A DNA stretch of 62,087 bases, counting the filler, from Chiloscyllium plagiosum (taxonomy: Eukaryota): NCBI RefSeq assembly GCF_004010195.1. It is 4 parts of one record of this genome, joined end to end, with 100 filler letters (N's around TTAATTAATTAA, not from the genome) between each part and the next. Parts side by side here need not be neighbours in the genome. Positions count along the whole stretch, not along the records: positions 12,573 to 42,505 come from NC_057716.1; 3 more parts are not named here. One strand, written 5' to 3'. The notes under the pieces are model-generated. The model worked only from the letters and a program-made list of their open reading frames with translations. It was not told the DNA's origin and did not search any database. Shown one piece after another: positions 13,160-24,926 of the stretch; positions within the stretch are counted from its first letter, which is position 1; every line of letters begins with the position of its first letter. The position numbers were made by a program, and so were the translations under genes.

Positions 13160-13275
13160 CGGGGTGGTTTTGGCTTCTCCCTGCATTGTACCAGTGAATA
13201 CTTGAATAAATTATCATGTGCCTGAATTCTGCTTGTCTCCTGAAAATTCACTGCCTCTCAAAGGTTGCTCCAATA
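13160..13275 (+). repeat. Truncated 5' LTR (3' ~115 bp only)
   Basis: 13170-13275 aligns without gaps to 24821-24926, including AATAAA, with about 19 mismatches in 106 nt by hand count. Confidence 0.85.
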
Positions 13276-13278
13276 GTT

Positions 13279-13296
13279 TAGTGCTGCAAACAGGGT
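13279..13296 (+). promoter_or_regulatory. Primer-binding site, tRNA-Ser-like (decayed)
   Basis: tagtgctgcaaacagggt lies 3 nt after the LTR end. It matches TGGCGCAGCGAGCAGGGT (recalled vertebrate tRNA-Ser 3' complement) at 13/18, and two of the mismatches fit CpG decay. Confidence 0.5.
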
Positions 13297-13487
13297 GGTC
13301 TGCCTGATGCCTACATACTGTGGACTGCGGAGTGAGTGAATATTTTGATTCATCACCCTTTAGGTAGCATGGCATTCAGTGTGTAAGTGTGTCTGTAAGT
13401 CAGAACACAAAATAACTTATTAATTGAAGTAAATACAGAGAAAAGCAGAGTTAAAAGATATGGTAGTTTGGGCAGAGTTGAAAGAAA

Positions 13488-13603
13488 GCTGAAATATATT
13501 GCTGGAAAGGCGCAGCAGGTCAGGCAGCATCCAAGGAGCAGGAGAATCGGCGTTTCGGGCATGAGCTCTGATCTCCAGCATCTGCAGTCCTCATTTTCCC
13601 CCC
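13488..13603. mobile_element. Short fold-back PLE insertion in the ERV leader, with TSD
   Basis: cag(a/t)gttgaaagaaa at 13473-13487 and 13604-13618; antisense then sense pseudo-LTR pieces. Confidence 0.8.
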
Positions 13604-14249
13604 CAGTGTTGAAAGAAAACAAAGGCCTGTGTTAAAGTGGTAAGCACAGGAGAGGTAACGAGATTGCTTTGGGCACAAGGGACAGCACATTAAAATATTG
13701 AGGGGAAGAGCCTCAAGACACAGACAGAAACTGTCACCCACACCCCAGTCCAGCTGTGGAAAGAAAAGACAAAGATCAGTTTGTGAGTACTGTTTTAATT
13801 CTTTGTGGTCTGATTTGAATGCATCTTTACTTAATGGTTGTTGTATGTTGTCTTGCATAATTTATATGTTTTTGTTCTCTTGAGCTCACAATCTGGGGAT
13901 ACTTTGAGTTTCGTTTGTATTTTGGGAATGTATGATGATTTGAAATTGCAGTGTGTATGTCTGCATCAGTTCGGAATGGGCATTGTTATGGTGATGTCAC
14001 TTTAAGGAACCAATCCTGATCACGTAAAAGAAGAAGAACATCTGCTATGAAGTGTTGACTCAGAACTTGCATCTTAAAGCATGGTAAAGATTTACTTCTT
14101 GGAATTGGTCATAGTTGATTAAAATTAATTGAAATAAAGAATTAAGTTAAAAAAAAAGACATAGCTTATCTCTTCCGCTTTAAGTTATCTCACAATAAAA
14201 GCCTGTGCTAATAAATATGCACATGAGAGGCAACAGAACTGTCTCAAGT

Positions 14250-16065
14250 ACAAACAAATCTAAACAAGAGGGAATCTGAGGTACTGGCAGATAAGAGTGG
14301 AGATGATAAGACTCGCTGGTGTTCTGATAGATCAATCCTGCAGACAGTGTTTGATAAAAACAAAACGCTCATCAAGGATACGACCCAAAATGGTTGGACA
14401 AGTGAAGGAAGTGAATTACGACAAAAGGCTTGGTGGTTAGGCCAGAGAAAGGACAAGGCACAGAAAGGGTTAATTGTCCTAGCACCTCTGTTTAAACAGA
14501 ACACTGTACAGACAGAGAAGAAAATTAAGATAGCTACAGTAAGAGAGAGGAGATAATTAGAAAAACACACTCCAAAACGAGGCATATTTCCACCTCAGCT
14601 ATCCACACCAGCAAGGACAGGAAATGCCTGAAGCTATCCACACCAGCAAGGACAGGAAATGCCTGAAAACTCTTGGCAGTATACAAGAGATGAGGGTAGT
14701 ATGTACGGTGAGTCTGATGATTGCAACCTCTACTCTGCACAAGCAAGGCATGAACACGATGATGATGATGGACGTTGATACGGGGACTGGCCAACCCACA
14801 CATTCCATGGCCCCAATTCAAACTGAATACTCTGCGAATCTCCAAGGAGAATGGCAAAGTTAAGGGTAGAAACCCCCCCGACTCTTGGCGAGAGACTGGC
14901 ACCACTGAACGCCACCACCGAAGTGCATGGGAAACTCAGCCAATGTAGAATTCTTGGAAAAATTGGAAGAGCTTGCCAAGGGGCACAGACCGACCCTTGA
15001 TTGCCTACATATCCTCACAAAAGCCACACTCCCCAGGGCAGTGTGGGAAAGAGTAGCAGCACCCTTTAAAGACGCACTTGGATCACAGAATTGGCCGGAC
15101 AAACACCAACCCAGAAATGGAAACAGTTCGGATGGGTTTGTACCCAAGCCCCTAGCAGACCCGTTCCAAATTGGACGAAAATGACCTTGGTTAATCAAGA
15201 CAAAGGATAATCTGTTGAACATTATGGCCAAACACATGGTCGAGGCTTATGAAGAAAGTGGAGTTAGGGTTGGGGGGCGGGGGCAATCCAGTACCCCTGA
15301 CAGAATGATAAGGTCTTTCTCCAAGAATTTAAAGATGGATTTGGGCCACACTTGAAAATGGTGATTAGCCTTGGGTTGCCAGTTGGGAATAACTTTAAGG
15401 AAGTAGTCAATGAAGGCAAAAAAAAAGCCAAGGGAATACGACACGGTGGCACAGTGGTTAGCACTGCTGCCTCACAGCGCCTGAGACCCGGGTTCAATTC
15501 CCGCCTCAGGCGACTGACTGTGTGGAGTTTGCACGTTCTCCCCGTGTCTGCGTGGGTTTCCTCCGGGTGCTCCGGTTTCCTCCCACAGTCCAAAGATGTG
15601 CAGGTCAGGGGAATTGGCCATGCTAAATTGCCCATAGTGTTAGGTAAGGAGTAAATGTAGGGGTATGGGTGGGTTGCGCTTCGGCGGGTCGGTGTGGACT
15701 TGTTGGGCCAAAGGGCCTGTTTCCACACTGTAATGTAATCTAATCTAATCTACAAAACTAGCAGCAGCTGTTACAGGGAACATCCACAGACAGGGAGCAT
15801 GTCTGAAACAGCCAAAGGAAGGGAGTGTGTTTCATGTGCAATAATGACGGGCACCTCACCAAGAATGACCCCTCTAAAATATGTGAGAATGATGGAAAAC
15901 TAGGACACAAAAATGGTGTCTGCTGATTCTGATGCGGAGACAAGCAGGAACAGAGATTTAAACAGACACAGAGTAATCTCCATACAGTTGCCATTGGCAA
16001 CAGTGGTGAGCAGACTGTAATACAATTAACTTCAGAAGAATTTCAGAAGTTAATCAGGTACAAGT
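14250..16065 (+). pseudogene. gag: ERV gag relic (start approximate)
   Basis: Lies between PBS and protease. Two CCHC-like knuckles, CFMCNNDGHLTKND and CENDGKLGHKNGVC, at 15828-15923. Contains frameshifts, a 35-bp tandem duplication (14597-14666) and a SINE. Confidence 0.7.
15436..15752 (+). mobile_element. HE1 SINE, young-looking, inserted in gag
   Basis: A-box ggtggcacagtggttagcac, B-box ggttcaattccc, CpGs retained, (taatc)n tail. Confidence 0.92.
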
Positions 16066-16084
16066 GACTAGTAGCATGCTTTGG

Positions 16085-19000
16085 ACAAAGGGAAAAGGAT
16101 AACTGGATATACATTGAAGTGCTGTAGGGGGCCAGCAGTGCAATATGTTAATAGATACTGGAGTCTTTATCTCTATCACAGCTCTGGATTTACCATTAAC
16201 AAAAAAAACTGTGGAAGTACAGGGTGTGAGTGGCAGGACTCAATCGGCCACAAACAGTCAACTGATTGAAATAAGAATTGCAGATTGTGTAATTAATGCT
16301 GTAGGTAGTGTACCGGGGATAGATTTATTGGATGAATTTGGAGTCATAATTGATGTACGAAAAGCCAAAATTAAATGGACTCACCAATTTAGATTTGGAA
16401 GGTCAAGGATTGCATGCCTCCTTAAGAGGTTCTGTGCCACCACAATAGAGTGGGAAGGGGACGCCGAGAACCCCTATCACAATGACGTGCCCCAAATTAT
16501 GGGCAACCACCTAAACCAAATGCAGGCGGTCCGTTATAAAACCGATTGAGATACATGAGGACATACACCCACCAAAAAAAACAATACCCATTAGACCTGA
16601 AGCTGTTGAGGCAGTTATGGAGATTGTGAAAGGTTTGGAGAAACTGGGAATTGTAAAAGAAATCCGTTCCACTACCAACCCTCTAACTTGGACAATAAAC
16701 AAAAACCCGACAGATTGTACAGATTGACAATTGACTATCCCAGTCCAAAGGGAGAAAGTGGGGACTGCAGATGCTGAGGATCAAAGTCGAGTGTGAGGTG
16801 GTGGAAAAGCACAGTAGGTCAGGCAGCATCCGAGGAGAGGGAGAATCGACGTTTCGGGCATAAGCCCTTCATCAAGAATGAGAATTCTCATTCCTGATGA
16901 AGGGCTTACGCCCGAGACGTCAATTCTCCTGCTCCTCGGATGCTGCCTGACCAGCTGTGCTTTTCCAGCACCACATTCTCCATCCCAGCCCAAACAAATA
17001 TGTGGATAGCACAGTGTCTTTAGTGGCAGACTCCAATACCATAAAGAACAATATAGGCTACAAGCCAAGATCTTTATGGTCCAGGACATAGCAAATAGGT
17101 TCTAGGCTGTGCCTTTGAACTCCAAACACCAATATAAATTTGCCTTTACAATAGGTGATAGTCAGTACACCTGGACAAGATCACCAACAGCCCTGTTATA
17201 TATTCCATCAGATAATGATAGAAGTGATGGTAAAAGACTCCAAAACAGAGTAGTGTATATTACAATACGTAAGTGACACCATGGTTGCATCTACTAGTGA
17301 GGAAAAACAATACAAGAACGTACTGAATGCGTTAAAAGTGATCAAAGCTGCTGGACTGAAAATAAACCCAAATAGGGCATAGCTGGGCAAACCAGAAGTG
17401 TCTTACCTCGGACTGATAGTGACTGACGCAAGGCAGCCGTAGCATTCCATTGGAAAGGAAAACAGCAGTATTGGAAATGAAACCATCAGTTACTGTTAGA
17501 GGGGTGAGACATATCTTAGAACTATTTAGCTACTGCAGGAACTTTGCAGAAAATTATAGTGAACCAGCCAGACCCTTACAAACCCTTACAAAAGTAGAGG
17601 GTGAGCTAGCTCAGAGTAAATTTAATGGAGTCATAAGCAGAAGATGATCTTTGTCAAAATCATACAGACACTAGTCTCCACACTATCACAAGGGGTCCCT
17701 GACCTGAAAAAGGTTTTTCACCTTATTTTGCAGTGAAATCACTGGCAATCAGTCCGCACTGATACTACAGTTACTGAGACAAGTTCTGACCTGTGGGATA
17801 GTGTTCAGGCAAAATGGACCTGGTGATGATGGGTCAACACTTGTGTGTTCAAGCCAGCCAGTGTGCTACCTGGGCACTGACGACATCCTCCCCTTGACAC
17901 AACTGGGGAAGGAGATATTACGACCCTCGTATTGTATAGTCCAGTTATTGGATGCTGGCAGACTGAGAGGTGTTACAGGCAGTCGTGAGACCAATGGGAA
18001 GCTGCACAGTTGCCAGGAGATAAGCATGTGGAAGTCGTTAAAGATAATAGAAGGCCCAGCAAGCCAAATGAATCAGGAAGGAGAGACACATGATTGTATT
18101 CTCCTCATGGAACAGGAAGAAAAGGGAGAGGGTTGTGTTAAGGGAGGAGCCATTAGAGGGGACAGATGTAAAATGGAGATGAAGTCTGTAATATAATGAT
18201 GGAAAGGCCTGGATGGGGTGGGCCATAGGTTAACTTGAAAGAGGAGCTTTTAGCTGGAGAAAGGATAGATGGGTTTCATTTTACCCAGGTAGCCAAACTA
18301 AAAGCACTTACTGCAACCCTCCAGCTAGGTAAAGGACAATGGGTTAACATCTACACAGACAGTGGATGTGCATTTGGGGTGGTCCATGACTACTTGATGG
18401 TATGGGCAAAGCAAGATTTTATTACCTCGAATGCTAATACAATTCAACATTAGACCCTACTCAAGGGCCTAGTGGAAGCTGAACCAAAAGAGGCAGTTGT
18501 AATTAAAATTAAAGTGCACAGAAAGACCCAAACACCAGAACAGAGATGAAACAAATACACAGATAGCACAGTAATAGCAATGTTAGAACAGGAAGTGATA
18601 ACAGTAGCAACTGTGAAAAAACAAAAAGCCAAAGATGATGAATGGAACATTTTCAGTTTACAAGCAGCAGTTACTTCAAAAGGAAAAACAGAATGGATAA
18701 AAGATGGGGCAGTGTTAGGAGCAGATGATACTTGGAGGAAGGAAAGTAAGGTAATAGCTTCCACATACTGTCAACAGATGCAATACAATATTGATCATGG
18801 ACTATCATATGCAGGAGGAATAAAATGATACAACTGATACCCAACTGCTGGTGGTGGAGAGGAATTGCAAGAGATGTAGCTAAATTTTGTCAGAGATGTA
18901 CTACATGTGCGCAGATAGAACCAGGGCAGGAATTAAAATTAAAATGATCCACCAGCCCCATCCATGGGGACAATAGAATTACATCCAAAATGGACTTTAT

Positions 19001-19760
19001 AGGACCACTTCCACAAAGTCAGAATAAAAACAATCTGCCTGGTCATTGTTAACCAGTTCACCAGATGGGTATAGGTTTTCTCCACAAGAGACTGTACAGC
19101 AACCACAGTCGATAGAATACTTACCACAGAACTAATACCCAGTTGGGGAGTTCTCCTCCAATTGGACTCAGACCAAGAGACCCATTTTATTGGCAGTTGC
19201 TGGAAAAAAGCGTGCAAACTCTTGCGAGTAACACAAATATCAAATCCCCTATCATCCACAAAGCTCAGGTTTAATAGCCAGAATGAATAGAACTTTGAAA
19301 AATGGCCTGATTAAAGCAACAATAGGAGAAGGGTTAAATGGATCCTATCCCTATCAGCCATTTTAATAGCCCAGAGAGCAACAACCTCAAGGATTACTGG
19401 ACTAACCCCCTTTGAGGTCATGACAGGATGGACAATGTCACTCCTCCAGGACCTGATCACTGGGGGAGCAGAACTCGCTTACAGCAAGGGACAAGTCTGG
19501 GATTACATAAAATCCCTCTGTAAGCATTTGCACATACTTTATGGGCAAGCGGGAGACCCAAGAAGGTTGTCAGGGACTGGGAGTCTGAGGGATGCCTGGG
19601 ACAAACAGGAAGACCATCCCTAGGATCAAAGGTCCTGGTTGAAGTAATTTCCAGCAAGAGAACACATTACCCTCAATGGGATGGACCTCAAGAGGTAATA
19701 TTAGCAATAGTAATAGGAGCACGCTTGTTAAGGAAAATGAAATGAGTAAATAGAGACATT
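16085..19760 (+). pseudogene. pol: ERV pro-pol relic (protease, RT, RNase H, integrase)
   Basis: Protease LIDTG...GIDLL. RT PIRPEAVEAVMEIV, DIANRF*AVPL..HQYKFAFT..QYTWTR and LQYVSD (YVDD position, 17266-17277). RNase H VNIYTDSGCAFGVVHD. Integrase DFIGPLP, LDSDQETHF, GLTPFEVMTG and WDGP. Confidence 0.92.
16750..16981. mobile_element. Fold-back PLE pseudo-LTR insertion in RT, with two opposed hammerhead motifs and 13-bp TSD
   Basis: TSD atcccag(t/c)ccaaa at 16737-16749 and 16982-16994. Arms ~16795-16880 and ~16890-16975 are reverse complements. Confidence 0.9.
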
Positions 19761-19811
19761 CTGTTCAGTTAAAAGTATATGAGAATGAACACCTCAGGAA
19801 GTCTGGTAAGG

Positions 19812-19875
19812 TCTCTGTCTCTGTCTCTGTCTCTGTCTCTCTCTCACTCTCTCTCTCTCTCTTTCTGTTTTATAG
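19812..19875 (+). promoter_or_regulatory. Pyrimidine microsatellite and probable env splice acceptor
   Basis: (CT/CTGT)n then ctttctgttttatag, 126 nt upstream of the env ATG. Confidence 0.55.
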
Positions 19876-20001
19876 ATCCTGAATGCACTCCAGCAACATC
19901 ATCTCAGAACGTCACCAACAATCAGCATAATTCCAAAGACATTGAGAAACATTGTGACCAGGTTGCGCAGTGATAATTGTAACACTGATAGTAGCATAAT
20001 C

Positions 20002-21400
20002 ATGAAAATATTACTCCTCTGTGGGATCCTCCCGATTTTGATCCAAGTGGGAACAGATAGGCACGTGGTAAAACAAGACTTATTGTTATCATATGCTTAT
20101 GCCAAACATACTAATGGCTGCAGTTGCTGGGTTTGTTCATAAATTCCCCTACATTTGAATGATGGTATTCAACTGAGACCTATTCCTCTTAATCCATCTG
20201 AAATGGCAGAACCGATCACTCACCAGAACAAATCCCCAATGGCTAGGATTCACATGGCTGACAAATCTTCTGCAGAGACTGGGTCATGTTGGGTGGACAT
20301 TAATGGTACCTGAATCAGCAGGGTACAGCTTTTCTGCTTTTGAAAGCTGGTACCAACCCCAATTTAATACCTCCCACATACCATCATTTGTTACTATTGT
20401 CAACACATCAAGGGTAGGAAGACGGACTGCTTCTATTTGTCTTATTCGATCTGAGCCAGGGAGCTGGTCTGCAGGTCAGAATAGTTTTGCATTCAGGATA
20501 TTTATGTCACTTTGCCCACATCTAAACCTAATTTTACCAACCTCTCATCAACAGGAACTTTTAATCGCATCTGGTTTTCTGAATATATAATTCATTTTAT
20601 CCCGTACAATGGTACTTATTTGTGTGTGGACACAAAGCATGTGCGTGGCTACTGCCATCTTGGACAGGTTCATGTTACCTAGGTTACGTGGTGCCATTTA
20701 TGCACCATACATCATCCCTCCTGGAAAGACAGCACAAACATGCCTTTACAGAAACATCAAGGATTCTTTTCCATTGTGTTTCCTTATAGCCAAGCTTGCT
20801 AGAGAATGTATTAATATGGCAGCTTTCATAGAACAGGTAGCATATGACACCTCTCAGGCCCTCAATAAGATTAATGCTGAAATGGTCGCCATATGAACCA
20901 CTGCATTATAGAACAGAATGACACTTGACTCGCTATTAGCCGAAAAAGAAAGTACATAAGTACTCATTGGCAAAGAATGCTGCACATACAACCCAGACAA
21001 CTTCAAGAAAATTACTGATTTGGCTGATCACATTCATAATGAAGCAATCATGCTTAAACAACCCCAGTCTCGAACCTATGGAGTTGGGCCACAGGGTGGC
21101 TGGAATCCCTGGGAACACCCTTGGAACAAGGAATAGTGATTTTGGTGGTTATCATCCTTATTTGTTACTTTGCTGTCACAATGTTTAAGTGTTGCTTACG
21201 GCAGTTACTAAAGTCAGGAAGAGCAGTTTGACTATGACCTACACATTTCTACGTGTATGAAAGAATGAGCAACAAGAACAAGCCAATGCCACCATCGTTA
21301 CTGGAGAAGTCTGGATCAAGCATAGCAACGAAATGGAAGAAATCATCAAACAACTGGATATTAAATCCAAAGACATTTTAAACACTTCTTATATTTGAAT
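20002..21400 (+). pseudogene. env: ERV env relic, gamma-type
   Basis: Signal-like MKILLLCGILPILIQV; CWVC (20125-20136); VCGHKACAWLLPSWTGSCYLGYVVPF; ISD L*NRMTLDSLLAEK; *VLIGKECCTYNPD (CX6CC); hydrophobic anchor IVILVVIILICYFAVTMF. Confidence 0.9.
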
Positions 21401-21508
21401 GAAGCACCAGTATTCTTGCGGCCTGAGGAGATTGATGGGAAATGAAAGGCCCCATGAGAAATATTTCTGATTCAAACTTCCAGCAGAAAGATAGAATCAA
21501 ATGCAAAT

Positions 21509-23959
21509 CTAATAGTCAGAGGGAAATTGAGAAACAAACTTGTAAGGAGATCTCAGGTATCTGTAAGAAAGATAGGGTGGTTATGATAGGGGATTTTAAC
21601 TTTTCAAACATAGACTGGGACTGCCATTGTGTAAAGGGTTTAGGTGAAGAGGAATTTGTTAAATGTGTACAAGACAATTTTCTGATTCAATATGGGAATG
21701 TACCTACTAGGGAAGGTGCAAAACTTGACTTACTCTTGGGAAATAAGGCAGGGCAGGTGACTGAGGTGTCAGTGGGGCAGCACTTTGGGGCCAGTGACCA
21801 TAATTCTATTAGATTTAAAATAATGATGGAAAAGGATAGACCAGATCTCATAGTCAAAGTTCTAAATTGGAGAAAGGCCAATTTTGACGGTATTAGGCAA
21901 GAACTTTCGAATGCTGAGTGGGGGCAGATGTTCGCAGGTAAAGAGATGGCTGAAAAATGGGAAGCCTTCAAAAATGAGATAACGAGGGTCTAGAGAAAGT
22001 ATATTCTCATTAGGGTGAAAGGAAAGGCTGGTAGGTATAGGGAATGCTGGATGACTGAAGAAATTGAGGGTTTGGCTAAGAAAAAGAAGGAAGCACATGT
22101 AAGGTATCGACAGGATAAATCGAGTGAATCCTTAGGATAGTATAAAGGCAGTAGGAGTATACTTAAGAGGGAAATCAGGAGGGCAAAAAGGGGACATGAG
22201 ATAGCTTTGGCAAATAGAATTAAGGAGAATCCAAAGGGTTTTTACAAATATATTAAGGACAAAAGGGTAACTAGGGAGAGAATAGGGCCCCTCAAAGATC
22301 AACAAGGCGGCCTTTGTGTGAAGCCGCAGAAAATGGGGTAGATACTAAATGAGTATTTTGCATCAATATTTACTGTGAAAAAGGATACGGAAGATATAGA
22401 CTGTAGTGAAATAGATGGTCACATCTTGCAAAATGTCCATATTACAGAGGAGGAAGTGCTGGATGTCTTGAAATGCATAAAAGTGGATAAATCCCCAGGA
22501 CCTGATCTGGTATACTCTAGAACTCTGTGGGAAGCTAGAGAAGCGATTGCTGGGCCTCTTGCTGATATATTTATTTGTATCATTGATAGACACAGGTGAG
22601 GTGCCGAAAGACTGGAGGTTGGCAAACGTAGTGCCGCTGTTTAAGAAGGGTGATGAGGACAAGCCAGGGAACTATAGACCAGTGAGTCTGATGTCGGTGG
22701 TGGGCAAGTTGTTGGAGGGAACCGGGATAGTCAACATGGTTTTGTGCGTGGGAAATCATGTTTTTGAGGAAGTAACAAAGAGAATTGATAAGGGCAGAGC
22801 GGTAGATGTGATCTATATGGACTTCAGTGAGGCGTTCGACAAGGTTCCCCATGGGAGACTGATTAGCAAGGTTAGATTTCATGGAATACAGGGAGAACTA
22901 GCCATTTGGATACAGAACTGTCTCAAAGGTAGAAGACAGAGTGTGATAATGGAGGGTTGTTTTTCAGACTGGAGGCCTGTGACCAGTAGAGTGCCACAAG
23001 GATCGGTGCTGGGTCCTCTACTTTTTGTCATTTACATAAATGATTTGGATGTGAGCATATGAGGTAAAGTTAGTAAGTTTGCAGATGACACCAAAATTGG
23101 AGGTGTAGTGGACAGCGAAGAGGGTTACCTCAGATTACAACAGGATCTTGATCAGATGGGCCAATGGGCTGAGACGTGGCAGATGGAGTTTAATTCAGAT
23201 AAATGTGAGGAGCTGCATTTTGGGAAAGCAAATCTTAGCAGGACTTATACACTAGGGGGTGTTGCTGAACAAAGAGACCTTGGAGTGCAGGTTCATAGCC
23301 TCGAGAAAGTAGAGTCACAGGTAGATAGGATAGTGAAGAAGGCGTTTGGATGCTTTCCTTTATTGGTCAGAGTATTGAGTACAGGAGTTGGGAGGTCATG
23401 TTGCGATTGTACAGGACATTGGTTCGGCCACTGTTGGAATATTGCATGCAATTCTGGCCTCCTTCCTATCGGAAAGATATTGTGAAACTTAAAAGAGTTC
23501 AGAAAAGATTTACAAGGATGTTTCCAGGGTTGGAGGATTTGAGCTATATGGAGAGGCTAAACAAGCTGGGGCTGTTTTCTCTGGAGCGTCGGAGGCTGAG
23601 GTTTATAGAGGTTTACAAAATTATGAGGGGCATGGATAGAATAAATAGACAAAGTCTTTTGCCTGGGGTCAGAGAGTCCAGAACTAGAGGGCATAGGTTT
23701 AGGGTGAGAGGGGAAAGATATAAAAGAGACCTGTGGGGCAACCTTTTCATGCAGAGGGAGTTACGGGTATGGGTTGAGCTGTCAGAGGAAGTGGTACAAT
23801 TGCAACATTTAAGAGTCATTTGGATGGGTATATGAATAGGAAGGGTTTGGAGGGTGCTGGCAGGTGGGACTAGATGGGGTTGGGATATCTGGTCGGCATG
23901 GACGTGTTGGACCGAAGAGTCTGTTTCCACGCTGTACATCTCTATGACTATGACTCTAT
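21509..23959 (+). mobile_element. CR1/HER1 LINE, 5'-truncated, inserted between env and the PPT
   Basis: [43 protein letters not shown]; (ctatga)n-like tail. Confidence 0.95.
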
Positions 23960-24012
23960 AAATAAGTCATGTCCCTATGGGCATTATCTGGCCATGGGCC
24001 AATAGGGGCGAC

Positions 24013-24926
24013 TGTTAGGACTGTCCATGACAGAACAGCTTAAAATGGCTAACAAAAGCCCCAACAAGCTTTGCAGTACATGTTTAACAGTAATTAATGA
24101 GTGGGACAAACTTGTGTTCTCAGCACAAAAAACAATAGCTGTCTGTGATCATGGATGTGCAACTTTCTTTGCTATCCTATAGATAAGAAAATTTCACACC
24201 AATTATTTGCTTCTCTTACATTTTTTACATTTTAGTCAATCAGTTATGATACTACAAGTATGTTTTAATTAATGTTCTTCAAGATAATCATAGATATAGT
24301 TTCCACATTTAGATTTAACACACACGTCAATCAGTAAATAAAACATTCAAAAAAAAAGTTTAAAAACTGATTATGAGTAATGGAGAGGGGTCTGCCGATC
24401 TCTTATCAAGGATAGTGGTTCTGAGAGTCGGAATAGTGGGAAATCACAAAAAGGCCTTGTTACAGCCTTGTACAAGATAACAGACGCAGATGTCATAATT
24501 TAGAGATAAGGGTCACAAGTGACCATGGAGAGTTCAACTTCTCACCTACTAAAATGGCCGAATCAGATCACAGCAACAAGCAATTAATAATATAGGGTAA
24601 TGTACTAAAAACCCAATCATATTTGGACAACCCAGCACTCATTAACCAATAGTGTATAGAGGGAGGGAGTAAGTGGCGCCATGTTAAAGTAACAGGAAAA
24701 TGTATAAAAGAAAGTTTGCTTATATTTAAAATTGGAGCGTCATTGCCTTTTCCTCCAATCTGAGCCAAAGATTAAGGGGGTAATTGAACCCTCACATCAA
24801 GGCTAGACTGAGGGTGATCTTTGGCCTCTCCCTGCATTGTACCGGTGGATACTTGAATAAATTATCACATGTTTGAATTTTGATTGTCTCCTTAGAATTC
24901 ATTGTTTTTCAAAGGTCACTCCTACA
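24013..24926 (+). repeat. 3' LTR of the ERV (914 bp)
   Basis: Preceded by purine-rich aataggggcg. Starts TGTTAGGA and ends TCCTACA (terminal inverted repeat). TATAAAA at ~24703 and AATAAA at ~24856. Confidence 0.85.

Larger units (their letters stand above)
13160..24926 (+). mobile_element. Decayed endogenous retrovirus (LTR-PBS-gag-pro-pol-env-PPT-LTR)
   Basis: Collinear gag, PR, RT, RNase H, IN and env motifs lie between homologous LTR ends. It is interrupted by two PLE inserts, a SINE and a CR1. Confidence 0.93.

Noticed and set aside
14597..14666. Exact 35-bp tandem repeat in gag
   Set aside because: It shifts the frame; most simply a post-insertion slippage or an assembly duplication.
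15436..15520. tRNA-like A/B boxes (also in the other SINE copies)
   Set aside because: These are SINE heads continuing into the HE1 core and tail, not tRNA genes.
21442..23835. Long RT/endonuclease ORFs as part of the retrovirus or as host genes
   Set aside because: They are broken CR1 ORF2 pieces with a LINE tail, inserted secondarily.
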